Origin: Octopus vulgaris
Taxonomy: Eukaryota
DNA: 64,000 bases
Assembly: GCA_951406725.2 (NCBI GenBank)
Contig: OX597838.1
Span: 16,616,001-16,680,000, forward strand
Direction: 5' to 3'
This document shows positions 1 to 11,914 of the stretch, piece after piece. Positions within the stretch are counted from its first letter, which is position 1, and the number at the start of each line of letters is the position of its first letter. The notes under the pieces are model-generated. The model made no database searches and was not told the DNA's origin. It worked only from the letters and a program-made list of their open reading frames with translations. The translations under genes and the position numbers were made by a program.

Positions 1-291
1 ATACATACCATACATACACATATATATTTTTGTGTACATGTGTGTGTGTGTGTGTGTGTATGTGTGTGTGCATGTGTTTGTCCTACCACCACCACTTGAC
101 AACTGGTGTTGGTATGTTTACATCCCTGTATATTGGCAACTCAGCAAAAGAGGTTAATAGAATAAGTATGAAGCTTAAAAAAATAGAAGTACTGAGGTCA
201 ATTCATTTGACTAAAAATTCTGCAAGGTGATGCCCCAGCATGGCTGCAATCAAATAACTGAAACAAGTAAAAGATAAAAGATAATCATATA

Positions 292-450
292 GGTGCAGGC
301 ATGGCTGTGAGATAAGTAGCTTGCTTACTAACCACATGGTTCCGGGTTCAGTCCTACTGTGTGGCACCTTGGGCAAGTGTCATCCGCTCTAGCCTTGGGC
401 CGAAAAAAGCCTTAAGTGGATTTGGTAAACGGAAACTGAAAGAAGCCTGT

Positions 451-523
<73 letters not shown>

Positions 524-727
524 TTATATGTCTGTGTTTGTCCCCTCCCATCATTGCTTGACAACTCATGTTGGTGTGTTTACGTCCCTGTAACTTAGCG
601 GTTCGGCAACAGAGACCGATAGGATAAGTACTAGGCTCACAAAAGAATAAGTCCTGGGGCCAACTTGTTCGACTAAAGGTGGTTCTCCAGCATGGCTGCA
701 GTCAAATGACTGAAACAAAGAAAAGAA
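292..727 (+). mobile_element. SINE family A (tRNA-derived, CORE-like), full length
   Basis: A-box-like TGGCTGTGAGA, B-box GGTTCAGTCC, CCTTGGGCAAGTG core, internal (TA)n(TG)n, 3' end CCAGCATGGCTGCAGTCAAATGACTGAAACAA; many copies in the window. Confidence 0.9.
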
Positions 728-1226
728 TATGAACTCTCATGTATAGAACACGTATTTGCAAAAATTTTCTGAAAATCGCATAAAATAAAAAGGTTATGAG
801 GCGTTAAATGGGGTGCTTAAACCAGAACCCTGCCAATACACACATACACATACACAATTGGTTTTTACACTGTCCATCTACCAAATTGGCTCATAAGGGA
901 TTAGTCAGCCCAGACTATTGTAGAAGACACCTGCCCAAGGTGCCACACAGTAGGAACCTTGGTTTCAGACTGAATCCAAAACCATGTGATTGCAAACCAA
1001 GCTTTTTAGCCACATAGCCATGCCTGTTCCTAGAAGGAAAACAGTCTAAATATTATGATTAAATAACTGTCATTTTTGACAACACAATTATTCTAATTAC
1101 TAATTATTTATAATATTTAGGCCAGAAACTGTAGAGCTGTCAGAGAAAAGATGAAAATATGTTTGTTGTTCATGATTTTTTAAAAATGTTTTAGATAAAG
1201 TAAGAAAAGAAATAAGAATTTCTTAC

Positions 1227-1309
1227 ATCAGCTTGAAGCCTCAAGTGTATAAGAATGATGAGATACTGTGATGTTCATGACTATCTTATGTATTTCAACG
1301 ACATGAGAG
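1227..1309 (-). ncRNA. candidate internal exon of a minus-strand spliced transcript
   Basis: acceptor TTTTGTTTTCAATCCCATTTTAG| and donor GAT|GTAAGA; stops in all 3 frames; followed by a 90-nt GT..AG intron (1226-1137) ending TTTTCATCTTTTCTCTGACAG. Confidence 0.4.
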
Positions 1310-1339
1310 CTAAAATGGGATTGAAAACAAAATTGCAAA

Positions 1340-1615
1340 GTTCTCTACCTGGGTTCCACAGCCACCTACAATGGAGACCTGCCCCAGAGATCAACCACAT
1401 ATATGGTCTGACTGCTAAGACCTTGTACTGCCTATGGAGGCCCCTTTGGCACCACTGCTTTATCTCCCAGAAGATGAAGCTCCACATCTACAATAAATCA
1501 GCCATCTGCACTCTTCTCTATGGAGCAAAAACATGGTCCCTCTAGAAGACCTTCACAAAGAGGACTGATGGCTTTGATAGCAAAGTCCTGAGAACCATTG
1601 AGAACATCAGATGGT
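1340..1615 (+). mobile_element. RTE-clade LINE ORF fragment (decayed)
   Basis: translates KLHIYNKSAICTLLYGAKTWSL*KTFTKRTDGFDSKVLRTIENIRW, the LLYG.ETW...D...LR.I post-RT region of RTE elements. Confidence 0.75.
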
Positions 1616-1719
1616 CAATTTGTTCGACTAAAGGTAGTAAGGCAGTGCTCCAGCATGGCCACAATCAAAATGACTGAAACAAATAAAAGAATTCTAAAAT
1701 TTAGTTGTATTCCTTAGAG

Positions 1720-1878
1720 CAGTGGTTCCCAACCTGGGGTTCACAAAGGTAGTTGTGGGGGTCCATGAACTAAATTCAAGATTTCTTATATATACATATA
1801 TATATATACATAAGGATAAGCATATTAAAAGGGGTCCATGGGGAAAACTCATTCAAATAAAAGGGTTGGAAACCACTG
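1720..1878. mobile_element. hAT-type MITE
   Basis: TIRs CAGTGGTTCCCAACC / GGTTGGAAACCACTG; 8-bp TSD CCTTAGAG/CTTTAGAG. Confidence 0.85.
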
Positions 1879-2247
1879 CTTTAGAGGAAGAAAACTTTGT
1901 ATGTTGACTAAAATGGAGTTTGGAGTAACATCTATTGTTTAGAAATATTTAGACTGTTGTTTAGATAATTACTGAAGATTTCTGAAGTGGGGAAATATCA
2001 AGTCATTTATAAGAGGAATTGAACTAGAACAAAGTTTTAAAAACAATGCAGAGTAATATAATGAATGTGTAAGTGTATTATAATGAAGGTTACAAAAGTG
2101 CTGGGGGCGCAGAGGGGAAAATTTTAACAATGGTATTAAACTAAGAGCAGCAAAATGGATGCTTTATAATTAATGTGATTTTCATACGATTGTTCACAAA
2201 AGAATGTAGGTAGGTGGTAAGTTTATGCTGGTCATGTCTTTACTTAC

Positions 2248-2298
2248 TGTTGTTGTTGTTATTTAGGATATTTTATGTTTTCCATCTCTTTTCCTGTA
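2248..2298 (-). ncRNA. candidate 51-nt exon of the same minus-strand transcript
   Basis: acceptor CTCTTGTTTTCAG|, donor ACA|GTAAGT; phase-0 reading YRKRDGKHKIS*. Confidence 0.4.
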
Positions 2299-2365
2299 CT
2301 GAAAACAAGAGTCTAATGGTCAAAGCACTTAACCCCTTGGCTTATTCTACAGACACACACATACA

Positions 2366-2815
2366 CTCTCTTTACTCTTTACTCTTTTACTTGTTTCAGT
2401 CATTTGACTGCGGCCATGCTGGAGCACCGCCTTTAGTCGAGCAACTTGACCCCGGAACTTATTCTTTGTAAGCCCAGTACTTATTCTATCGGTCACCTTT
2501 TGCCAAACCGCTAAGTGATGGGGACATAAACACTCCAGCATCGGTTGTCAAGCAATGCTAGGGGGACAGACACAGACACACAAACATACACGCGCACACA
2601 CACACATATATATATACATACATATATATATACATATATATATATATACATATATACGACGGGCTTCTTTCAGTTTCCGTCTACCAAATCCACTCACAAG
2701 GCTTTGGTCAGCCCGAGGCTATAGTAGAAGACACTTGCCCAAGGTGCCACGCAGTGGGACTGAACCCGGAACCATGTGGTTGGTAGGCAAGCTACTTACC
2801 ACACAGCCACTCCTG
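2366..2815 (-). mobile_element. SINE family A, young copy
   Basis: reverse complement of the family A consensus with CpGs retained. Confidence 0.9.
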
Positions 2816-3387
2816 TAAATTTATTCCAAAGGATTTCGTGGCTCGCCACTGTACCAACATACACTCTGTAAACTTGCAGCACCTGAGTGTGTGCGTGTGC
2901 ATGCGTGCGTACATGTGTCTTTGTGTCTGTGTTTGTCCCCCACTACCGATTGACAGACAGCCAACCAAAATTGGTTTGTTTACATCCCAGTTGTTTAGCA
3001 AGTTTGCCAAATGAGACCAATAGAATAAGTACCAGGCTTACCAAAAAAAGAATATGTAGTGGGGTTGGTTCATTCAACTAAAAATCCTTCGAGGAGGTGA
3101 CCCAACATGGCTGTGGTCTAATGACTGGAACAGGTGAAATATAATAAAAGATAGTAGCCTGAATTCAAAGCTTCTCTAAGTCAGAAGAAAGCATTGGGAA
3201 TGACTAGGTGGTGCACCAGCATGGCCACAGTCTGATGACTGAAGCAAATGAATGATAAAAGCTAAAAGATAAAAGGTATATATAGGTGTAACTGCATGCT
3301 AAGAAGCTTGCTTCCTGACCACACGGTACCAGGTTCAGTCCCACTGCATGGCACCTTAAGCAAGTGTCTTCTACTATAGCTCTAGGC

Positions 3388-3588
3388 CAGTGGTTTTCAA
3401 CCAGGGTTCTGCCAGTACAGTGCAGGGGTTCCGCAAGAAGTTACAAAACTGCTAAAATCGGCAGTAATTTTTAAGTCTCCTGTGCAGATATGTGTGCATA
3501 AAACTATTAAATTATTGCACAGGGGTTCCTCGAGCCAGTGGAATGTTTCCTTGGGGTTCCGCTCCAGCAAAAAGTTTGAAAAGCACTG
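3388..3588. mobile_element. hAT-type MITE inserted in a SINE A
   Basis: TIRs CAGTGGTTTTCAA / TTGAAAAGCACTG; perfect 8-bp TSD CTCTAGGC; SINE A sequence resumes on both sides. Confidence 0.9.
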
Positions 3589-3690
3589 CTCTAGGCAGAC
3601 CAAAGCTTGGCGAGTGGAGTTAGTAGACAGAAGCTGAAAGGAGCCTTTTTCGCGCGCGCGCGTACGTGCGTGTGTGTGTGGTGTGTGTGG

Positions 3691-3721
<31 letters not shown>

Positions 3722-4227
3722 TGGTTGTGTGTGTGTGTGTGTGTGCGTGCGCGCGTGTGTGTGTGTGTTACTGTCTCCATGCCTTGACAGCATATGATAG
3801 TTGTATCACTGTCATGGAAACAGTATCCTTGGTTTCCAGTCTTCCAAGACAAATTTGGTCATGGGGACACATTACCTTACTTGGAAACAGGTGAGGGCTG
3901 GCAATAGAAAGAGCATCCAGCCTTCAAATTTTAAGTTTTGCCACACACAAAATTGTTCATGAATAATATATATAAGAAAAAAAATCCACAACTACATAAC
4001 TATAGCCTTTAAACACAAACCTTAAAAGGTTAGGTTGCAAATAAATGGCTTGATGATTCACATTAGACATGTATGTGTGTTTTTTTTCAATCAATAAGAA
4101 ATATATGATTAGTCTAATTACAAACAGTAGTTGGAGTCGAATCTCAGAAGTACAATAGATTGATAAGTTAGAGTGAGAATTGATGTTTTTGTGTATTGAT
4201 TCCACAGCTCTGTAAACAACAACATGT

Positions 4228-4605
4228 GGAGGCGCAATGGCCCAGTGATTAGGGCAGCGGACTCGCGGTTTCGATTCCCAGACCGGGCATTGTGAGTGTT
4301 TATTGAGCGAAAACACCTAAAGCTCCACGAGGCTCCGGCAGAGATGGTGGTGATCCCTGCTGTACTCTTTCACCACAACTTTCTCTCACTCTTACTTCCT
4401 GTTTCTGTTGTACCTGTATTTCAAAGGGCCAGCCTTGTCACTCTCTGTGTCACGCTGAATATCCCCGAGAACTACGTTAAGGGTACACGTGTCTGTGGAG
4501 TGCTCAGCCACTTACACGTTAATTTCACGAGCAGGCTGTTCCGTTGATCGGATCAACCGGAACCCTCGTCGTCGTAACCGACAGAGTGCTTCCAAACAAC
4601 AACAA
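4228..4605 (+). mobile_element. tRNA-derived SINE, distinct family, CpG-rich young copy
   Basis: head GGCGCAATGGCCCAGTGATTAGGG (A box) and TTCGATTCCC (B box); AAACAACAACA on both flanks (tail/TSD). Confidence 0.75.
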
Positions 4606-4725
4606 TCAGTGATTGTTGTTGTTGAGCAGACCCATGATCAAAGGCATTCCAGCTATGAGAGCCCCCATCTTTTTTGCATAAGCGGGGGAACTTGGGGGTC
4701 ACTTTATCCAATGTCACATTTTCTA

Positions 4726-6485
4726 TGAAGGAGTGCTGAAAAGTTCCTGGCTTGGGGTAAAATAAAATACAAGAGGATCAGTTAATTATGATTTTATTAA
4801 ACATATTCCCCTCTCAGATCCACAGACATATTGCTATGGCCCTTCAGTTTTTCCAAGACCTGTAAAAGAACTCAGAGGTTGGGCCTCCAACCAGGAACTT
4901 TTCAGTATCCCCTCATAAAACCATAGAATGAAATCTGAGACAGATTTGGCTGCTATTTCTAACAAGTGACAAAAAAGAAGGTTCCAAATATTCTTGTGCT
5001 CTTAATTATGATTTTATTAAACATTTTCCCCTCTCAGATACACACACTTATTGCAGTGGTCCTTCAGTTTTTGTAAGTCCTGTAAAAGAACTCAGAAGGT
5101 TGGGTCTCCAACCAGGCCTTTCGTGATACCCTTAAAGCCAGGAACTTCTCAGCACCAGCTCATAAAACCATAGAATGAAATCTGAGACAGATTTGGCTGC
5201 TATTTCTAACAAGTGACAAAGAAGAAGGTTCCAAATATACTTGTGCTCTTAATTATGATTTTATTAAACATTTTCCCCTCTCAGATACACACACTTATTG
5301 CAGTGGTCCTTCAGTTTTTGTAAGCCCTGTTAAAGAACTCGAAAGGTTGGGCCTCCAACCAGGCCTTTCGTGATACCCTTAAAGCCAGGAACTTCTCAGT
5401 ATCCCCTCATAAAACCATAGAATGACATCTGAGACAGATTTGGCTGCTATTTCTAACAAGTGACAAAGAAGAAGGTTCCAAATATACTTGTGCTCTTAAT
5501 TATGATTTTATTAAACATTTTCCCCTCTCAGATTCACACACTTATTGCAGTGGTCCTTCAGTTTTTGTAAGCCCTGTTAAAGAACTCAGAAGGTTGGGCC
5601 TCCAACCAGGCCTTTCGGGATACCCTTAAAACCAGGATCTTTTCAGCATCCCCTCATAAAACCATAGAATGAAATTTGAGACAGATTTGGCTGCTATTTC
5701 TAACAAGTGACAAAGAAGAAGGTTCCAAATATTCTTGTGCTCTTAATTATGATTTTATTAAACATTTTCCCCTCTCAGATACACACACTTATTGCAGTGG
5801 TCCTTCAGTTTTTGTAAGTCCTGTTAAAGAACTGGGAAGGTTGGGCCTCCAACCAGGCCTTTCGTGATATCCTTAAAGCCAGAAACTTTTCAGTATCCCC
5901 TCATAAAACCATAGAATGAAATCTGAGACAGATTTGGCTGCTATTTCTAACAAGTGACAAAGAAGAAGGTTCCAAATATACTTGTGCTCTTAATTATGAT
6001 TTTATTAAACATTTTCCCCTCTCAGATACACACACTTATTGCAGTGGTCCTTCAGTTTTTGTAAGTCCTGTTAAAGAACTCGGATGGTTGGGCCTCCAAC
6101 CAGGCCTTTCGGGATACCCTTAAAGCCAGGAACTTTTCAGCATCCCCTCATAAAACCATAGAATGAAATCTGAAACACATTTGGCTGCTATTTCTAACAA
6201 GTGACAAAGAAGAAGGTTCCAAATATACTTGTGCTCTTAATTATGATTTTATTAAACATTTTCCCCTCTCAGATACACACACTTATTGCAGTGGTCCTTC
6301 AGTTTTTGTAAGTCCTGTAAAAGAACTCGAAAGGTTGGGCCTCCAACCAGGCCTTTCGCGATACCCTTAAAGCCAGAAACTTTTCAGCATCCCCTCATAA
6401 AACCATAGATTGAAATCTGAGACAGATTTGGCTGCTATTTCTAACAAGTGACAAAGAAGAAGGTTTCAAATATACTTGTGCTCTT
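4726..6485. repeat. 247-bp tandem array (7 units) derived from a Tc1/mariner-type MITE plus flank
   Basis: unit starts TTAATTATGAT at 4782, 5002, 5249, 5496, 5743, 5990, 6237; one left TIR at 4726 and a right TIR in every unit. Confidence 0.92.
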
Positions 6486-6578
6486 AGAATACAAAATTCC
6501 TCACTTTTTATTTAATCATATAATAGAATTTCTTTAAAATTAATAAATTCCATCCACAACATTGGCTTATCATCTTAC

Positions 6579-6671
6579 CACTGATAACTCTCTCGCTCTT
6601 TCTTCTCTTCTTCTTCTTTCGGCCCTTAAGCCAAACAATATTTTTCGTATTTTCAAAAGCTCTATCTCCAT
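6579..6671 (-). CDS. candidate short ORF exon (MEIELLKIRKILFGLRAERRRREERARELSV), micropeptide or uORF
   Basis: ATG in TTCCATGG with an upstream in-frame stop, 31 codons, phase-0 donor GTG|GTAAGA; weak acceptor TTGTTTTGAAAG| at 6702-6703. Confidence 0.3.
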
Positions 6672-7029
6672 GGAATTTGGAGATAATAATTAACCTTCAA
6701 CCTTTCAAAACAAGATGCTCACAATAATACTGATCTCACTCTCCAGACTACATTCCTTCAATAATTGAACAGATTCTTTTCTTCCACCCCACCCCCACCC
6801 CCGTTTCTTTTTTTTTTCATTTTTGCTTCTGTTTTCTATGTCGAGGATGATAAAGATAAGCTAATATTAAATCAAGCAAGAAAACATTAAGCTAATGAGA
6901 ACGTACCAGACCATTTTGAATACAGTATTAATGACTAGAACATTATAAAAAAAAATATATAGCTATCAAAGAAAATGCAGTTTTCAGACTGATAAGGGAT
7001 CTTTCTATCTATGTATATGTATATATATA

Positions 7030-7436
7030 TTCTTTAACTCTTTTACTTGTTTCAGTCATTTGACTGTGGCCATGCTGGAGCACCACCTTGAAGGGTTTTA
7101 GTTGAATCAATCACCCCCAGGACTTATTTCTTAAGCCTAGTACTTATCTCAGACTCTTTTGCTAAACTACAAAGTTACAGGGACGTAAACATACTAACAC
7201 CAATTGCAAGTGGTGATGCAAGGGCAAAAACAGACACAAAGACACACACACATACATACATGCACATACACACGAAGGGCTTCTTTCAGTTTCCATCCAC
7301 CAAATCCACTTACCAGGCTTTTGTTGGCTGGAGGCTATAGTAGAAGACACTTGCCCAACATGCCATGCAGTGGGACTGAACCTGGAACCATGTGATTGAA
7401 AAGCAAGCTTCTTACCACACAGCCACACCCGTACCT
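7030..7436 (-). mobile_element. SINE family A
   Basis: reverse-complement match to other copies. Confidence 0.88.
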
Positions 7437-7599
7437 ATCCAGCTAGCATGGAAGGCAGACGTTAAACAATGATAAATAATAGAATTATAACTAAATGTTA
7501 AAATGGGTTTATTCACGGAAAGTCATTCTGGATGAATTTGCTTGTTTCAGTCATACAGCTGCAGTCATGGTTGAGCACCACGATGGATTTGCACCATTA

Positions 7600-7912
7600 C
7601 TTATGATTATCCTTTGGCTGAATTCCTCAAGCTGGATGGTTTCATGTCACCACTCCTGTATGTGCCTTTGTCCCAGCTGTTGGCCCATTTGGTGTATGAA
7701 GGAGTTTGACTCTGCTGCCCTCATGCCTTGCCGTCAGTTCATCTGGTATTGTGGAGAGAAGGATTAGTTCCTTTTTGAAGACATCTATGTCCACATTATG
7801 TAGATTTCTTAATTTTTGTGGCAGGGCACTGAAGAGCTGTGGGCCTTTGAACCCTAGGCTATTGCAGTACCTGGTCCTGAATTTAGATAGACTAGATGGT
7901 ACCTTTTGTACC
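7600..7912 (-). mobile_element. CR1-group LINE 3' ORF fragment
   Basis: minus translation NSLGFKGPQLFSALPQKLRNLHNVDIDVFKKEL...IPDE, a typical ORF2 C-terminus. Confidence 0.7.
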
Positions 7913-7936
7913 TAGCAATATATATATATATATATG

Positions 7937-8137
7937 TGCAGGTGGCACGTAAAAAGCACCCACTACACTCACGGAGTGGTTGGCGTTAGGAAGGGCATCC
8001 AGCCATAGAAACACTGCCAGATCTGAGTGGGCCTGATGAAGCCTTCTGGCTTCACAGACCCCAGTTGAACCGTCCAACTCATGCTAGCATGGAAAACGGA
8101 CGCTAAATGATGATGATGATGATGATGATGTTGATGA
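7937..8137 (+). mobile_element. family C retroposon 3' part with (GAT)n tail
   Basis: GGTTGGCGTTAGGAAGGGCATCCAGC ... CATGCTAGCATGGAAAACGGACGCTAAA(TGA)n; about 10 related copies in the window. Confidence 0.8.
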
Positions 8138-8213
8138 TATTATCAGTTAGTTGGCCATAAGTCAGGAAAAAAGTATGCTCAATATGAGTTATAGAGCAGT
8201 TATATTTTAATAT

Positions 8214-8353
8214 ATTATCGAGCCATATATTACTGGTTATGACAGAATGTTACTGCGGGTTTAATAATGGTAACAGCCAGCAACAGAATGCGTGAAACCT
8301 ATGGTAACATACAAATCAGTTACATACCATAACCAGTAATATACTGCTTGATA

Positions 8354-8355
<2 letters not shown>
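8214..8355. mobile_element. small MITE-like inverted repeat
   Basis: ATTATCGAGCCATATATTACTGGTTATG / CATAACCAGTAATATACTGCTTGATAAT. Confidence 0.55.
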
Positions 8356-8400
<45 letters not shown>

Positions 8401-8767
8401 GGTGGTGGTGATGTGTGCATGCACATGTGTGTGTGTGCAAAGCTTCAAGTCTTGACAGTTTTCATCTAAGGATTCTCTAAGAGGGAGTAGCTAAGCTGAT
8501 GGAACTACTCACAATTTTGTTTAACAAATCCCGAACAGAGAGAAATTTACATGAAGAATGGGAAAATGTTATTGTAACAATTCATAAATGAATGGAGGGG
8601 AATAAAAAAAAAGAAAGGAAAAGATTTAGGGCCATTTTTCATTCTTTGTAGGGGTAAGCAAATGGGAAATAACAGTTGCTACTCAAGGATAAAAATCATG
8701 TTACCCAGTGTTATGAATTGGAAGTTATTCTTGATAGTATACAAAAAAAATTAGAAGACAGGAAAAA

Positions 8768-9923
8768 GGTGGTGAGCTGGCAGAAACGTTAGTATGTCGG
8801 GCGAAATGCTTAGCAGTATTTCGTCCGCCGCTACGTTCTGAGTTCAAATTCCGCCGAGGTCGACTTTGCCTTTCATCCATTCGGGGTCGATTAAATAAGT
8901 ACCAGTTACGCACTGAGGTCGATATAATCGACTTAATCCGTTTGTCTGTCCTTGTTTGTCCCTTCTGTGTTTAGCCCCTTGTGGGTAGTAAAGAAATAGG
9001 TATTTCGTCTGCCGCTATGTTGTGAGATCAAATTCCGCCAAGGTCGACTTTGCCTTTCATCCATTCGGGGTCGATTAAATAAGTACCAATTACGCACTGG
9101 GGCCGATATAATCGACTTAATCCGTTTGTCTGTCCTTGTTTGTCCCTTCTGTGTTTAGCCCCTTGTGGGTAGTAAAGAAATAGGTATTTCGTCTGCCACT
9201 ACGTTGTGAGATCAAATTCCGCCAAGGTCGACTTTGCCTTTCATCCATTCGGGGTCGATTAAATAAGTACCAATTACGCACTGGGGCCGATATAATCGAC
9301 TTAATCCGTTTGTCTGTCCTTGTTTGTCCCTTCTGTGTTTAGCCCTTGTGGGTAGTAAAGAAATAGGTATTTCGTCTGCGCTACGTTGTGAGATCAAATT
9401 CCGCCAAGGTCGACTTTGCCTTTCATCCATTCGGGGTCGATTAAATAAGTACCAATTACGCACTGGGGCCGATATAATCGACTTAATCCGTTTGTCTGTC
9501 CTTGTTTGTCCCTTCTGTGTTTAGCCCCTTGTGGGTAGTAAAGAAATAGGTATTTCGTCTGCCGCTACGTTGTGAGATCAAATTCCGCCAAGGTCGACTT
9601 TGCCTTTCATCCATTCGGGGTCGATTAAATAAGTTCCAATTACGCACTGGGGCCGATATAATCGACTTAATCCGTTTGTCTGTCCTTGTTTGTCCCTTCT
9701 GTGTTTAGCCCCTTGTGGGTAGTAAAGAAATAGGTATTTCGTCTGCCGCTACGTTGTGAGATCAAATTCCGCCAAGGTCGACTTTGCCTTTCATCCATTC
9801 GGGGTCGATTAAATAAGTACCAGTTACGCACTGGGGCCGATATAATCGACTTAATCCGTTTGTCTGTCCTTGTTTGTCCCTTCTGTGTTTAGCCCCTTGT
9901 GGGTAGTAAAGAAATAGGTATTT
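8768..9923 (+). repeat. SINE family B (Meta/MESC domain) head-to-tail hexamer, 183-184-bp period
   Basis: full tRNA-like head only in unit 1; unit starts 8816, 9000, 9184, 9367, 9550, 9734; GTCGACTTTGCCTTTCATCC..GGGGTCGAT..AAGTACCAG matches the Meta domain. Confidence 0.92.
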
Positions 9924-9930
9924 ATCTCAC

Positions 9931-10270
9931 CTTTACAGTAAACAATGAAAAAAACTTCCTACAAGCGAGACAAGTTTAGACACAAGCAGAAAAGAACCAA
10001 TGGATGAGTAAATAGGCTTACTTATTTATACCGATACTAGTAAATACCTACAAAACTAACGGATCGATATATCACAAAAGTACAAAAGTCGTGCTTATTG
10101 ACGAATGAAAACCGCTTGTTTTCGTTTCTGTCAATAATCTCAAGACTACTTCGTTACTTTTAAACGACTGCGTAGGAACGTTCACTACTTCCTGGCTCTA
10201 AATTCAAACTCGCAGAAGTAAACTTTCGTCTTTCATTAAATCCACGATCGATACGAGTACCAGTGATATA
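9931..10270 (-). promoter_or_regulatory. candidate promoter / first exon of the leftward transcript
   Basis: CpG-retaining unique sequence; minus-strand donors ATAA|GTAAGC (exon end 10022) and AAAG|GTGAGA (exon end 9931). Confidence 0.3.
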
Positions 10271-10941
10271 CTGAGGTCAACTCAAAACATTTGTACCTAC
10301 CTATTCCTTAGCTAAAATTGGCTTTGTGCTTATCTTTCTAATGCAATAAATGGCTTTAGACATACTTCTAAGCAAACTATCAAACTCTTTATCAGATTCA
10401 TTTGGTGGAGAATTAATGAGTAATCACTAATTAATTGGGAAAAGGATAGATGAAATTTGACACTAAAATAAATGAATAAAATCAAGGTACATTTTCTTAT
10501 TTAGAAATACTGAGGGTTTGTTTTTTTAAGATAAGGCCTTGCGTACTTAAAAGATTATAACATAAAAATTACGTGTTTATGATCAACAAAATGTCAATTT
10601 ATTTTTAATAGCAGTAGATGGTTAATTAACCTAAAACATCAAATATAAAAAGGACGTAGGAAAAATGTAATTTTCTACTTTTAATTGGAATTAGTAACAA
10701 ATATTATAAAAGGAAGAGAGTGAAAAATAACAAACCCGGAGGATATTTCGTGCTCAAATCGAAGCTCCGCGCATATATTGGTGTGTGTGTGTGTAAGTAT
10801 ATGTATGCATGTGTGTATGTATCTGTGTGTCAATGCATATGTAAGTGTATGTATGTATCTGTGTCTCTATCTATCTGTGTCTATGTGTATATGCATGTAT
10901 ATGTGTCTGGGCTTCTTTTTCGGATATATGATCCACTGATG

Positions 10942-10978
<37 letters not shown>

Positions 10979-11353
10979 GTATGTATCTGTATCTATATGT
11001 ATGTTTATGTTTGGATCTGTGTGTATGTATGTATGCAAAGCTATTTGTGTGTCTATGTATATATATCTGTATGTAAAATGTATTGCTACATATTACATGT
11101 ACATGTCAGCCACATGCTAATAATACTGATTATGACACTGAATAAAGATAACACATGAGCTGAGATTGAAAGCTTAACCTTGAAATACATATAAAAGTTG
11201 GACTGTGTAAACAAGTGTTTGATTATTTTATCTTTCAGTTTTGATTTAATACACACATACATACATTCAAGTGTAAGTTTGTGAGTGTACATCTACAATT
11301 TTAGTATGAGATGAATATACATGAAAACACTAAGCTTTTATTTCTCTTTACTT

Positions 11354-11364
11354 TATTATTATTA

Positions 11365-11413
<49 letters not shown>

Positions 11414-11431
11414 ATTATTATTATTATTAAT

Positions 11432-11463
<32 letters not shown>

Positions 11464-11559
11464 ATTTATTATTATTATTATTAATTATTATTTATTATTA
11501 TTATTAATCATTATTATTATTATTACTATTATTATTAATTATTATTATTATTATTATTA

Positions 11560-11590
<31 letters not shown>

Positions 11591-11603
11591 ATTATTATTA
11601 TTA

Positions 11604-11649
<46 letters not shown>

Positions 11650-11720
11650 ATTATTATTATTATTAATTATTATTATTATTATTATTAATTATTATTATTA
11701 TTATATTATTATTATTATTA

Positions 11721-11757
<37 letters not shown>

Positions 11758-11855
11758 TATTATTAATTATTATTATTATTAATTATTATTATTATTAATT
11801 ATTATTATTATTATATTATTATTATCATTATTATTATTATTAATTATCATTATTA

Positions 11856-11914
<59 letters not shown>

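Noticed and set aside
8030-8050. Isolated CTGATGA hits (also near 3232, 17430, 24482, 44899) as hammerheads or snoRNA C boxes
   Set aside because: No stem II plus GAAA, and no matching D box with terminal stem seen
8999-9120. HDV-like ribozyme at the SINE B junction (GGUAUUU could pair with AAGUACC as a 7-bp P1)
   Set aside because: Could not place P3/L3 directly before the P1 3' strand, nor P1.1 GG and the J4/2 C; not supportable by eye
4782-9923. Regular arrays resembling CRISPR
   Set aside because: Whole units repeat with no unique spacers; no cas genes; eukaryotic context
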